DNA of 64,000 nucleotides from an uncultured Parcubacteria group bacterium (GTDB lineage: Bacteria > Patescibacteriota > Patescibacteriia > UBA9934 > CAMTUG01). Below the pieces are notes generated by a model. It was given only the letters and a program-made list of their open reading frames with translations, searched no databases and was not told the DNA's origin. Positions 20,728-30,867 of this stretch are shown here, one piece after another; the first letter of the stretch is position 1; each line of letters begins with the position of its first letter. Made by a program: the position numbers and the translations under genes. The stretch spans positions 87,490-151,489 of the forward strand of contig CAMTUG010000004.1 in NCBI GenBank assembly GCA_947084965.1. Reading direction: 5' to 3'.

Positions 20728-20855
20728 GTGGGGCTCCGTGCTGGGGTCAGGGTGTATCCTTACAAGCACCGCGAACTTGCGGGCTTCTGAATGCACATAA
20801 AAAGTGTTCAGTCAGAAATCCACAAATTCACCACACGATCCACTAAAGTGCGACC

Positions 20856-20888
20856 ATTATAATTATCACAGAAAAATGAACTTGTCCA
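20856..20888 (-). promoter_or_regulatory. Probable promoter of high-GC unit 3
   Basis: TGGACA followed by TG-A-TAATTATAAT. Confidence 0.5.
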
Positions 20889-20926
20889 GTAGCTGCGGGC
20901 CCAATAAATAGCTCAATAAAGCACAG

Positions 20927-20957
20927 CACCCCCTCGGAGAGCTTCTCCGCGGGGGTG
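20927..20957 (-). terminator. GC hairpin ending high-GC unit 4/5
   Basis: caccccctcggaga-gct-tctccgcgggggtg. Confidence 0.65.
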
Positions 20958-21023
20958 TCAGACGTAGTTCACGGCCGGCACCCACGCTTCGAAGTCTTCG
21001 AAGGGATGCCGGGCCGGGCAGGG

Positions 21024-21812
<789 letters not shown>

Positions 21813-21921
21813 GGGGGTCTCCTTGGCGCTTGGGGGTTGGCCTTGTCAGGGCCGGGAACAGAACGCAATCCTTCATCGGTTGACGGCCGATATACCGATC
21901 CTGATCCTTTGGGTTTGAACC

Positions 21922-22037
21922 AGGACAGGCGGGAAGCTCTTTGGAAAGTCGTAATTGGTAAGTGGCAAGGAGAGACGCTCGTGTCTCCGCTTTCCACTTA
22001 CTGCTTACCACTTTCTACAGAACTTTCCACCGTCCTA
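21922..22037. repeat. Gene-less long hairpin of the GTAAGTG/CTTACTG heptamer family
   Basis: gtaattggtaagtgg...gagacgctcgtgtctc...ccacttactgcttaccac inside a longer stem. Confidence 0.75.
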
Positions 22038-22183
22038 ATTCTTGGATCGGTCGCAGGCCAAAGCCTGCAGCTACCACGATCTTGTAAAGGACACTCTGAG
22101 GGCACCATACCATGATGATGATCTCGGAGTGTCGTTGCTGAGGAGTGGCCCCAGCAACGATCACGGTGAGTCCCCCGACTCCT

Positions 22184-23638
22184 CTACATCGGGGGGGGCG
22201 AACCAGCGGGGGCGGCGGTGCTGGTCGCGGGGGCGGGGGCGACGGGGGCGGACACGGCGTAGGGCGACCAGGCGATGTCCTTCGTCTTGCCGCCGAAACG
22301 GTAGACGATGAGCGCGCTGGCCTGGAAGGTCGTGACCCCTCCACCGTTCTTGTAGCCCCAGGTGTTGTCCCCGGTGCGCAGGATGTCGGACTGTCCGAAG
22401 AGCCCGCCGCCCTGGACCTCGAGGCCCAGGCCGTTCGGCTTCAGCGGCATGAGGTCCACCATCGCGACGAGGCCGAGGAGCGCCCCGTTCACGACGACCT
22501 CGGCCGACCCGTCAGCGTCGGTGCTGCCGACGCCAAGGCTCTGGTACCCGCCCCGCAGGCCGATGGAGAAGGCGGGGACCGGGGTCACGAACCCGGTACC
22601 GCCGAAGCCGTAGGCGTCCGAGTACTCGCTGAGGAGGCCGAAGTTCCCGTAGGCGTTGAACCCGCCGTAGGTGCCCTCCATGCCCCAGCCCCCCTGGATC
22701 GCGGGGCCGGTGTGCCCACCAGACGACATGATGCCGCCGCCGATGGTGAACATCCCGTACTGGCCGTTGTTGAGCTTGGTGACGATCGAGGCCACGCCCG
22801 CCTCGGCGTTGGCGGCGCGGGCCTCGGCGTTGTCGGCCGTGCCCTGGGCACGGGTGATGCCGGCGAGGAACCCGGCGTTGGTCTCGGTCTGGGCCGTCCG
22901 GAAGCCCGCGAAGTCGGACTGGGTTGCCTGGGCCATGGTCATGGCGCCGGTCGCCGTGCCCATCGCGTCCGCCGCGAGCTGCCCCACGGCACGGGTCTCG
23001 ACGAGCGCGGTGTAGATGCCGGAGCAGACGACGGCCCCGGCGCTGTCCTTGACCTCGACCTGGCCGTTCATCGCGTCCCGCGTGGCCGTGAAGCCCGCGG
23101 GGAGCGTGCCGCCCAGCGCCACCTGCTGGCACTTGGACTCGGCGTCGAGGGCGCTCACGTTGCCCTCGAGGGCGGTGACCTTCTTCTCGGTCTTGGTCAC
23201 GCGCAGGCCGAGGGACGCGAGGGCGGCGGAGCTGGCGCCGTCGGTGTTCGTCGTGACGCCGAGGCACTGCTTCGCCTGCTTGTCCCACTCCATGTTGACC
23301 TGGACGCCGTTCTGGATCGGGTCGTCGCACCCGGCCTTGCGCGCCGGGGTGTCCCAGTGGGTGCGGGTGCAGATGGCGAGGGTCGACACGGCGCCGTTGT
23401 AGCACTCGACGGGCGCCGCGAGCAGGGCCTGGCCCCACTTCGCGATGTCCGGGTTGTCCCGGAGCACGTCGCTGATCTTGGGGGCTCCGGCGGGGGTGGT
23501 GCTGGTCGTCGGGGCCGGGGTCGTGCCGGTCACCGGGGTGGTCGCCTGGCCCGGGGTGAGGGCGTAGGCGGGGTTGATGCCGGTGACGACGGCGGCGCTG
23601 GCGAGAGCCAGGGTGATGAGCAGGTTGCGGACGTGCAT
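22184..23638 (-). CDS. High-GC exported protein with coiled-coil stalk and predicted C-terminal outer-membrane beta-barrel
   Basis: Signal peptide ending AYA; Gly/aromatic amphipathic strands (FTIGGG, FSIGLRGGYQ, LGLEVQGG, ASALIVYRF); SD AAGGAGG. Confidence 0.65.
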   Translation of the reverse strand: MHVRNLLITLALASAAVVTGINPAYALTPGQATTPVTGTTPAPTTSTTPAGAPKISDVLRDNPDIAKWGQALLAAPVECYNGAVSTLAICTRTHWDTPARKAGCDDPIQNGVQVNMEWDKQAKQCLGVTTNTDGASSAALASLGLRVTKTEKKVTALEGNVSALDAESKCQQVALGGTLPAGFTATRDAMNGQVEVKDSAGAVVCSGIYTALVETRAVGQLAADAMGTATGAMTMAQATQSDFAGFRTAQTETNAGFLAGITRAQGTADNAEARAANAEAGVASIVTKLNNGQYGMFTIGGGIMSSGGHTGPAIQGGWGMEGTYGGFNAYGNFGLLSEYSDAYGFGGTGFVTPVPAFSIGLRGGYQSLGVGSTDADGSAEVVVNGALLGLVAMVDLMPLKPNGLGLEVQGGGLFGQSDILRTGDNTWGYKNGGGVTTFQASALIVYRFGGKTKDIAWSPYAVSAPVAPAPATSTAAPAGSPPPM

Positions 23639-23775
23639 GGGTTCCTCCTTCAGTGAGGGGTGAGAAACCGTCGGATGCCTCCGCCGGTTCCTTTTGTGTC
23701 GTTACAGAGCCACTGTCCTGTCCGCCCTTGCGGGTCAGAACAGCGCCCGTCCGTTGATCCAAGGTGTCGAACCTA

Positions 23776-23915
23776 CGGACGGACGGATTTCGAATTGGAA
23801 GGTGGGAAGGTGGAAAGCGGTAATTGGTAAGTGGAGAGTGGAGACACGAGTGTCTCTGCTTACTACTTACTGCTTACCACTTTCATAACTTCTTTCCACT
23901 CCGAAATCCATCCGC
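23776..23915. repeat. Second gene-less long hairpin of the same heptamer family
   Basis: gtaattggtaagtggagagtggagacacgagtgtctctgcttactacttactgcttaccac, with outer arms cggacggatttcg/cgaaatccatccg. Confidence 0.78.
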
Positions 23916-24074
23916 CCTCGGCCGATCCAAGGACCTTTCCGTAAACCGATCTTGTAATGAACGCTCGTGTGGTCTGACAGGACTCAACCACAAGGAGGAG
24001 ATGTGGCGAATACTGCCGGACCGCACGATAATTCATTGAGTCTAGGGACAATTCGCCCATTTAGCGAACGTGTG

Positions 24075-24103
24075 AGAATAGCAGGTTTTCCCAAAAATGT
24101 CAA
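24075..24103 (-). promoter_or_regulatory. Promoter of high-GC unit 4/5
   Basis: TTGACA-17 nt-TATTCT with extended TG. Confidence 0.72.
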
Positions 24104-24104
24104 G

Positions 24105-24189
24105 AACCCCCGTTTTCGGCTCTGTAGTCACTTGTCGTGATGAGGAGGAGGCATCATGACCGTGCGCTATAGAGCCGAAAGAGGGGGTC
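24105..24189. other. Long intergenic hairpin
   Basis: acccccgttttcggctctgtag ... ctatagagccgaaagagggggt. Confidence 0.6.
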
Positions 24190-24307
24190 CTAGTGGAAGT
24201 ACCTTAGAAGAATAGACGTGCTGTGTCAAGGTGGTGTGGATAATTAAAAATCGCTCTAGGATTAGCGAAATTTGAAATTCAGAAACTCAGAAATTGGATA
24301 GGATGGG

Positions 24308-24679
24308 TCAACGCTTCTGATTCAATGAAAGATTACGAGTGGAGCTGATATAACGATTCAAAACCATGTGAAGAGACTCAAGTTTGGTCAGCAGCAACGT
24401 TTTTTCTGATTCTACTATCTTCCCTCTCTCAAATAACCTCTCTGTCCAATGAATAGCCTCAACAAGGGATCCACGGGCGTTATAATTGAACTTATTTTTA
24501 TCAAGATAATGAAACCTTCCGAACCCCTCAGCAATATTTGCACCGACGGAATCAATGGCAGAAATCCATTGGTCGCCCATGATCTTCTTGTCCTGCCAAT
24601 GCATCCGATCGTATATATTCCATGCAACTTGCGCACTCTCGACAGATAATCGATAAGCATCTAACTCCGTAAGTTGCAT
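24308..24679 (-). CDS. Four-helix-bundle protein (23S rRNA IVP/Avd-like family)
   Basis: DQWISAIDSVGANIAEGFGRFHYLDKNKFNYNARGSL; flanked by inverted GAAATTT-type repeats at 24267-24307 and 24680-24718. Confidence 0.9.
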   Translation of the reverse strand: MQLTELDAYRLSVESAQVAWNIYDRMHWQDKKIMGDQWISAIDSVGANIAEGFGRFHYLDKNKFNYNARGSLVEAIHWTERLFERGKIVESEKTLLLTKLESLHMVLNRYISSTRNLSLNQKR

Positions 24680-24717
24680 ACCCCCAGCCCAATTTCTAAT
24701 TTCTGATTTTCAAATTT

Positions 24718-25347
24718 CTATTCATGGATCAACTGGTGTCTCCGACGAATCCGTTCCACTTTCAAGAGAACGAATCCGACCCCGGCCAATCCACCCAAAA
24801 TCGCACCAGCAAAAGCATTCAACGGAATGTTTGGCCGAACGGGCCAGTTTGAGCTCAAAGGTTCATCAACGAGCTGAATCGAGATCGATCCCCCGCTCGT
24901 ATACTGCCACCCTTCGGTCACAATCACCGCCCCCAGGGCGCGGGCGATCAATTCCGCCTGGGCAACATCTTCATGATAAACAACGATAGTCAGCAACCCC
25001 GTTCCACGGGCAACGGACGCCTGCACCGTCTCTCCCCACTTCTTACGCTTTTTCTGATCATCGCTCGGGAAATAATCCTGATCGATCTGACTCGACGCGG
25101 CCATCACCTTTTCGAAAAACGTGGTGGTGTAAATGACGTTGGTAATATCTTCGGCCACACGCTCGGCCGAACGCGACGCGGTGTAGGCATCAACGGCGCC
25201 CAGCTGTTGGATGATCAACAAACGTTCGGTCGAAGAATATTCAAGCGGACGCAGAAACGACAAAATCACTCCGAGGAGTAATCCGATCGCGGCCATCAAG
25301 ACGATGGTGTGCCAGAAGTTGATGAGGGTTGTGGAATATTTGGGCAT
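24718..25347 (-). CDS. Wzz/CpsC-like polysaccharide chain-length determinant
   Basis: Two TM helices; PLEYSST; PVRPNIPLNAFAGAILGGLAG. Confidence 0.8.
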   Translation of the reverse strand: MPKYSTTLINFWHTIVLMAAIGLLLGVILSFLRPLEYSSTERLLIIQQLGAVDAYTASRSAERVAEDITNVIYTTTFFEKVMAASSQIDQDYFPSDDQKKRKKWGETVQASVARGTGLLTIVVYHEDVAQAELIARALGAVIVTEGWQYTSGGSISIQLVDEPLSSNWPVRPNIPLNAFAGAILGGLAGVGFVLLKVERIRRRHQLIHE

Positions 25348-25405
25348 AGGGGGAAAGGAAAGAGGTGAGAGGAAAGCAGTAAGCAGTAAGTGGTAAGTGG
25401 AGATA

Positions 25406-25771
25406 CTAACGAAGGATGGAACGGTCTTTGGTTGCTGCGATGTAATTATTCAGCATCTTCATGAGCCGACCAATTTTTTCATTGTACGAACCGAGCTCCT
25501 CTATTGAAACCTTCTGCCGTTCTCCCAAAACATCTGTCCAGTGCTGAGCCTCCTGTAATGAACCACGGGCGTTGTAATTAAATTTGTTCTTATCCAAATA
25601 ATGGAATCGACCGTACCCCTCGGCAATATTTGCCCCAACGGAGTCAATAGCCGTAATCCACTGATCACCCATGATCTTCTTTTCCTGCCAAGTCATCCGT
25701 TCATACACCGCCCACGCTTCACGAGAAATCTCCCGAGCTAACTGGTAAACGTAGATTTCCGTAAGCGCCAT
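25406..25771 (-). CDS. Four-helix-bundle protein, paralog of the 24308 gene
   Basis: DSVGANIAEGYGRFHYLDKNKFNYNARGSL; flanked by inverted GTAAGTG-type repeats at 25372-25408 and 25771-25809. Confidence 0.9.
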   Translation of the reverse strand: MALTEIYVYQLAREISREAWAVYERMTWQEKKIMGDQWITAIDSVGANIAEGYGRFHYLDKNKFNYNARGSLQEAQHWTDVLGERQKVSIEELGSYNEKIGRLMKMLNNYIAATKDRSILR

Positions 25772-25811
25772 AGTGTCTCCACTTACTGCTTACCACTTAC
25801 TACTTTCTCAT

Positions 25812-26843
25812 CTATCTCCGCCCCAATTGTACATCAATCATCACTTCTTCACCACCGCGATCGATCGTTAATCGCACCGTTTCTTCGGGTGCATAGGACA
25901 ACAGACGTTCGGCAAACGATTCATCACCGAGCGCCATTCCTCCAACGTGAGTGATAATGTCCCCACGACGAACACCAGCGATCGCTGCAGGTCCGTTCAC
26001 AACGACCGTATCAATGTACGTGCCACGACTGAACCCACGATCAATCCCTGCTGGAACATGGACGGCGGAAAGATCGATGACCGTCGCTCCAAACACCGTG
26101 CGTGCACTTTCACCCGATCGAATGACAGATCGCACCACAGGGAGCAATTGGTGGAGGGGCGTGCCGTCGATCGCAATCAACTCCCCTGCCGAATTGACGA
26201 CCGGTGTTCCAGGAAGCGGAAAAAGATCGGCGTAGGTGAAACTGCGGGTGAACGTTTCGGCCGGCAGTCTGGCAACGGTCGCATTCCAGTGATGCGCATC
26301 GACCACGGCCGTTGGCAACAGAGCCGATGCCGACGTTGCGGCAAAAGCCAGCGAACCGCTTTCGACCTGATCCGACGCACCAAACGGAATGACCGGCAAC
26401 CCACTCGCTTCGAGACGATAAAAATAGATCTCGGTGTACGGATCGCTGACAGAATCAACAATCGTGTACTCCGTTTCACCGATGAAGGCGTGCAAGGGAG
26501 CGTCCCCTTCGGCCGTTTCCACGCTCGTCATCACCCAGCCATCAGAAGTGATGACCACACCGAGAGAGTCCTCTTCACCCGGAAGGAGGATCGGATCGAT
26601 ACCGCCGACACGTTGAAATCGCACCAACGCCGGCTGCACAACGTCACGCGCCCGGGCCGCTGCTTCTTCGAACGTCCCCGGAATCGGTTGCGGCTTTTCT
26701 TGCGACAAACGAATGACTTCATTGCCAGCACCTTCGAGCGAAGCGGCGTATCGATCTAAATATTCCGCGCTCCAAACAGAAGCGAAGATACCGGCCGAAA
26801 GGCCAGCGGCGACCGACAAGACGATCAACAGAATTTTTTGCAT
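25812..26843 (-). CDS. HtrA/S1C-like protein with PDZ domain; catalytic motifs degenerate
   Basis: GVVITSDGWVMT; PGTPVVNSAGELIAI; GPAAIAGVRRGDII. Confidence 0.78.
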   Translation of the reverse strand: MQKILLIVLSVAAGLSAGIFASVWSAEYLDRYAASLEGAGNEVIRLSQEKPQPIPGTFEEAAARARDVVQPALVRFQRVGGIDPILLPGEEDSLGVVITSDGWVMTSVETAEGDAPLHAFIGETEYTIVDSVSDPYTEIYFYRLEASGLPVIPFGASDQVESGSLAFAATSASALLPTAVVDAHHWNATVARLPAETFTRSFTYADLFPLPGTPVVNSAGELIAIDGTPLHQLLPVVRSVIRSGESARTVFGATVIDLSAVHVPAGIDRGFSRGTYIDTVVVNGPAAIAGVRRGDIITHVGGMALGDESFAERLLSYAPEETVRLTIDRGGEEVMIDVQLGRR

Positions 26844-26844
26844 A

Positions 26845-27609
26845 TTACGTCCACTGAGCAGTGAGCAGAATCGCGAGGATCATTAGAGTGCCGACGGTGA
26901 TGTAACGACGAACGACCGTTTTCGATAACTTCGACGATAAGTTCGCACGCGAAAGGCCAAGGTACATGTAATAGAGAACCGCGACAAGGGCACCGTCCGT
27001 AATGTACATCGTTGGTAAATAGGTAATCACCACTAACAGCTCAGCGAAGATCACCGCAGCGGCCAGCGCGTACACAGCGGCGCGCTGAAGCGGAACTTTC
27101 GAAATCCACAACGCGGAAAGCGTCAATGTAAAACAGAGAACAGCAAAAGAGATCGCAAAGAGGTACAGGGGGATGCGAGCAAACGAGTAGAGCGCATGAC
27201 CGCCAGCGGCGAGAAAAAACAAGGTAACAACGGCCATAATCCCTCCGGAGTTTTGTAGACTGTACGCTTGATAAGCCCCAGGCAGATGCAAATATGTAAA
27301 CAAGTTCTCCGCATAAAAATAGGCAACGCCGGCACCAAGAAGAATGACAAGAAATCGAATAGCGGTATCGTCAGCAAGCATGAACAGGAGGACTGTGGCC
27401 AGAATGTGGAGTGTGGGGATCGCGACCAGACCCCAAAACTCCTTTTCGCGAAAGCGCGCACCAGCAAGACGGAAGAAGAGGGACAGAGCGAGGACGGTGA
27501 CGATCGTCAAAATCCAGACGGCAGACATCGGATGATAGGAAACGAAAAGCATCCCCGTGGCAAAGACGGTTGCGATAACAAACGGCGTGATGCGATGGAG
27601 AAGAATCAT
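26845..27609 (-). CDS. Multi-pass membrane protein (DUF5656-like)
   Basis: About 8 hydrophobic segments; operonic spacing. Confidence 0.65.
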   Translation of the reverse strand: MILLHRITPFVIATVFATGMLFVSYHPMSAVWILTIVTVLALSLFFRLAGARFREKEFWGLVAIPTLHILATVLLFMLADDTAIRFLVILLGAGVAYFYAENLFTYLHLPGAYQAYSLQNSGGIMAVVTLFFLAAGGHALYSFARIPLYLFAISFAVLCFTLTLSALWISKVPLQRAAVYALAAAVIFAELLVVITYLPTMYITDGALVAVLYYMYLGLSRANLSSKLSKTVVRRYITVGTLMILAILLTAQWT

Positions 27610-27618
27610 GAATGGACG

Positions 27619-28320
27619 TTACTCTTCGACGATCAACGTTCCCTGAATCACCAGCGATCCTTCAGAAAGTTCGACCGCGGTCAGTTGGGCATACGGTCTG
27701 ATCGCTTCGTTAAACGGCGCCGTCGCTTGAGTGATCACGGCCTGCAGCGACCAGGTGAACAACCAGCGTGGAAGCGGAAGGGATCCGACAGAAAGACGCG
27801 TCAGTTTGAATTGAAGCCCTCCTTCTTCAATCACGGGTTTTACCGCGATCGTCACACCAGCGGCCGGGGCATCTTGCACGAGGGGGAGATAAAATTCAAC
27901 TTCACTCCCGGCAATCACCGCCACCTGCGTCTGTTCGATGTCGACGATCGTGGCCCCTGTTTTTTCGATCATCTGACGGGCAGACGCAGTCAATGACGAC
28001 TCTTCTAGGGTCAGGGTGATGGCGTCCGTGCGCCGGGCGATCTGCGCGCTGATCTGGGAGGGAACGGTTTCTTCAACGGGCACGCCGGCCGCCACAAGAT
28101 GATCCGGCGTATCGGCTCGATGAATCGCTAAAAAAAGAAAGATCGCCGCGCTGCACAGGAGCGTGAGGCTCACTCCCCAAAAAATCACTTTGCGTCGAAG
28201 CGCGGCACCGAATCTGGTGCTCGGGGTGTCCGAACTCGATGGCCGTGCGGCTTTTGGATCAGCGATCAATTCGATCCGTGCCATAAACTGATTATTCAAT
28301 CCAAGAGTACTGATCGACAA
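27619..28320 (-). CDS. Hypothetical single-TM protein
   Basis: Operonic position, one TM; the start is probably ATG 28284. Confidence 0.6.
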   Translation of the reverse strand: MSISTLGLNNQFMARIELIADPKAARPSSSDTPSTRFGAALRRKVIFWGVSLTLLCSAAIFLFLAIHRADTPDHLVAAGVPVEETVPSQISAQIARRTDAITLTLEESSLTASARQMIEKTGATIVDIEQTQVAVIAGSEVEFYLPLVQDAPAAGVTIAVKPVIEEGGLQFKLTRLSVGSLPLPRWLFTWSLQAVITQATAPFNEAIRPYAQLTAVELSEGSLVIQGTLIVEE

Positions 28321-28714
28321 GCGTCTGCCAACGCGCTTCGGCCCCTTCCGTTCCGTTCATCCAGTCGGTGAGCAGAATCACCAGATCAAGATGAAGATCT
28401 TTATATTCAGACGGGACGTGCAGTTGAAGTAACGCTTCGCGCGCTTTGGAAAGAATCTCACTCTTCCCTTCTGACGCCGATTCAGCGGCGATGCGTGTTC
28501 GCACATCTCCAAGGATCGCGTGAGCGTTGGCTTGATACTCAACGGAGGTGACGGCCGACGGAACGGTCGGTTCGAGCGTGGCGCGATCTTTAAAAATGGA
28601 AAAAATAGCACCGGCAAGGATGAGGGTCAGCACGCCGACGAGGATCGGGAAATATGTTTTGTGATGAAGCATAACGTTAAGTCTTTTCTTGATTGCGAAT
28701 GACGTCGTACACAA
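28292..28714 (-). CDS. Hypothetical single-TM protein
   Basis: N-terminal TM, VPSEYKDLHLDLV; the start is probably ATG 28672. Confidence 0.6.
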   Translation of the reverse strand: MCTTSFAIKKRLNVMLHHKTYFPILVGVLTLILAGAIFSIFKDRATLEPTVPSAVTSVEYQANAHAILGDVRTRIAAESASEGKSEILSKAREALLQLHVPSEYKDLHLDLVILLTDWMNGTEGAEARWQTLVDQYSWIE

Positions 28715-29711
28715 AGACGCTGGTCATAGTAGCGACAGGGATAGCGAGCGCAGCCCCGGCGATCCCGCCGAGTTTGAAGCCGATCAACAAGGCGACGATC
28801 GACACGATCGGATTTAATCCGGTCACCTTCTGCATCACCTTCGGAATTAAAATGTGATTCTCCACTTGCTGAATGATGATGTACAGGAGCAAAACCATCA
28901 CCGCTTTCACCGGCGATTCACCAAAGGCGATGACGATCGCGGGGATCGCCGAAAGCGTTGGACCGGCGTACGGAATCACTTCGAGCAAGCCGGCAAGTAG
29001 GGCGAGGACGAGGGCATACGGCACACCGAGGATAGTGAGACCGAGATAGGCACAGACAGCGATGACGATCATCAACAGCAACTGTCCGCGCAGCCACTGA
29101 CCGATCTTTTCCTGCATCTTGTTAAACAACTGGGTGAGGTATGGCTGATATTCGTCCGGGGAAAGGCGGCGGAAGATGCGCTTCCAAGCATCTTCTTCAA
29201 CGACAATATAAAACGCCAGAACGAGGACGATGAAAAAGGCGGCAACGCCCCCGATGATCCCGGTGACCGTAGCGAACAGCCCTGTAAGGAGCGAGCCCGC
29301 CTGTTCACGGAGCTGATCGATCGAAGCGTTGATACTTTCTTGGATGCCGTACTGTTCACCAAAAGCGATCAGACGATTGACCTGTTCAGAAACATTGCCT
29401 GCTGCCCCAGAAAAATTATTCAGCAGTTCATGAAACTGCGAAACGAACGGCGGGATGATCAAAATGAGACTGGTGGAGAGGATCGAGAACAGGATGACGT
29501 AAATAGTGATCACTCCCAGGGGGCGCGGGATTTTTCGGCGATGCAACCAACTAACGGCCGGCTCAATCAGTGCCGAGAGCATCAGGGCGAGCAGGAGCAT
29601 GATGACGATCTCTTTGATGTACCACAAAAAGCCGACAGCAAGGGCGATCACCAGGACACGAAAGATCGTGCCGGTCGAGATACTGATCGATTGTGGAATA
29701 GCGCGCGGCAT
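28677..29711 (-). CDS. AI-2E family (PerM) transporter
   Basis: LRGQLLL; IPYAGP; QQVENHILIPKVM; GLNP; ALAIP. Confidence 0.92.
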   Translation of the reverse strand: MPRAIPQSISISTGTIFRVLVIALAVGFLWYIKEIVIMLLLALMLSALIEPAVSWLHRRKIPRPLGVITIYVILFSILSTSLILIIPPFVSQFHELLNNFSGAAGNVSEQVNRLIAFGEQYGIQESINASIDQLREQAGSLLTGLFATVTGIIGGVAAFFIVLVLAFYIVVEEDAWKRIFRRLSPDEYQPYLTQLFNKMQEKIGQWLRGQLLLMIVIAVCAYLGLTILGVPYALVLALLAGLLEVIPYAGPTLSAIPAIVIAFGESPVKAVMVLLLYIIIQQVENHILIPKVMQKVTGLNPIVSIVALLIGFKLGGIAGAALAIPVATMTSVFVYDVIRNQEKT

Positions 29712-29744
29712 ACGTCGCCAATTTTAGCATATTCCCCCCATATC

Positions 29745-29776
29745 CTCCACTTACCACTTACTGCTTACCGCTTTCT
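29745..29776. repeat. Solo arm of the CTTACTG/CTTACCA heptamer repeat
   Basis: ctccacttaccacttactgcttaccgctttc. Confidence 0.65.
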
Positions 29777-29787
29777 TTCCCAGTTCC

Positions 29788-29816
29788 TTGACATTTTTGC
29801 CAAATTTTGCTATATT
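29788..29816 (+). promoter_or_regulatory. Promoter of high-GC unit 6
   Basis: TTGACA-17 nt-TATATT with extended TG. Confidence 0.78.
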
Positions 29817-29959
29817 CTTCAGTCGGTTTTCCCTGCGTCTTGGCGCTCCCGCGCACAATTCGCTTCGATTTCCATTCCCCCCGCCGCCTGGACCGACACA
29901 GGTGGTTCCGTTCGAGACCCAAGGCCCCCGTGGGCCACTTCCCGTCCCTGGAGGACACC

Positions 29960-30646
29960 ATGCCGACCGCAACCCCCCACCCCGCGTGGGTTCTCGCCGC
30001 ACAGCTGTGTGGCATCGCCCCCGACACCGCCGACGAGGTGGAGAAGGGCCAGATCGAGGCGGCGCTCGCCGATCTCAAGGCCGCCTTCGCGACCCGCATG
30101 CCGATCATCCCGACCGCCGAGGACATCAAGGAGATCGCCCGCGAGGAGGCCGAGCACGTCATGCCGGTGATCCCCGAGCGCGGACTCGTGGATCGCTGGG
30201 CCGGCACGTTCGCGGTCCTCGGGCTGATCCTCGGCCTCGCCGGCACGATCGGCGCCGCCGCGGTCGCGTGGAAGTCGACGATGGACGAGCGGGAGCTGTG
30301 GCTCCGCGTCGCGACGGAGAGCTACGCGACCCAGTACCAACTCCCCGGCCGCATCGCCGCGGTCGAGGGCGCGATCGCCACGCTCCAGGCGGCCCAGCCC
30401 ACCCCGGCCCCCGCCGCCCCGCCGCCCCCGGCCACCACCACCGACCCCGCCGCCCCCGCCCAGCCCACCGCCGCCGCCATGGACGACGCCAACATCTCGG
30501 CGAAGTGCAACAACATCGTGGCGCTCGGCGGCACCGATGGCTACCGGCTCGACCAGTGCGCCGACAGCCAGACCTACGTCTGCCGCGCCTACGACCAGCC
30601 GCGGGGGCAGGTCTCGGAGTGTGCCCTCGCGAGCACGGTCCCCTAG
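29960..30646 (+). CDS. High-GC single-TM protein with Pro/Ala linker and 4-Cys C-terminal domain
   Basis: GGAGG SD before ATG 29960; TM FAVLGLILGLAGTIGAAAVAW; hairpin at ~30697-30719. Confidence 0.7.
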   Translation: MPTATPHPAWVLAAQLCGIAPDTADEVEKGQIEAALADLKAAFATRMPIIPTAEDIKEIAREEAEHVMPVIPERGLVDRWAGTFAVLGLILGLAGTIGAAAVAWKSTMDERELWLRVATESYATQYQLPGRIAAVEGAIATLQAAQPTPAPAAPPPPATTTDPAAPAQPTAAAMDDANISAKCNNIVALGGTDGYRLDQCADSQTYVCRAYDQPRGQVSECALASTVP

Positions 30647-30737
30647 GACCTGCCACACCGATGGGCAGGTCCGCGACCCTGCCTATCTCTCGACTCCCTT
30701 CAGCACTACGGCTGGAGGGATTCGTGTTTATTGGAAG

Positions 30738-30859
30738 GAAAATTCGAAATACGAATGTCGAAATTCGAAATAAAAGGAAATACAAAAAAGTAAAAGTTTC
30801 CAAATTTCCCATTTCCGGTTAGGATTTGTTTCGTGCTTCGTATTTCGGATTTCGTATTT
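30738..30859. repeat. Inverted AAATTCG/CGTATTT 7-mer array upstream of smpB
   Basis: gaaaattcgaaatacgaatgtcgaaattcgaaa ... tttcgtgcttcgtatttcggatttcgtattt. Confidence 0.72.
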
Positions 30860-30867
30860 ATACCTCC

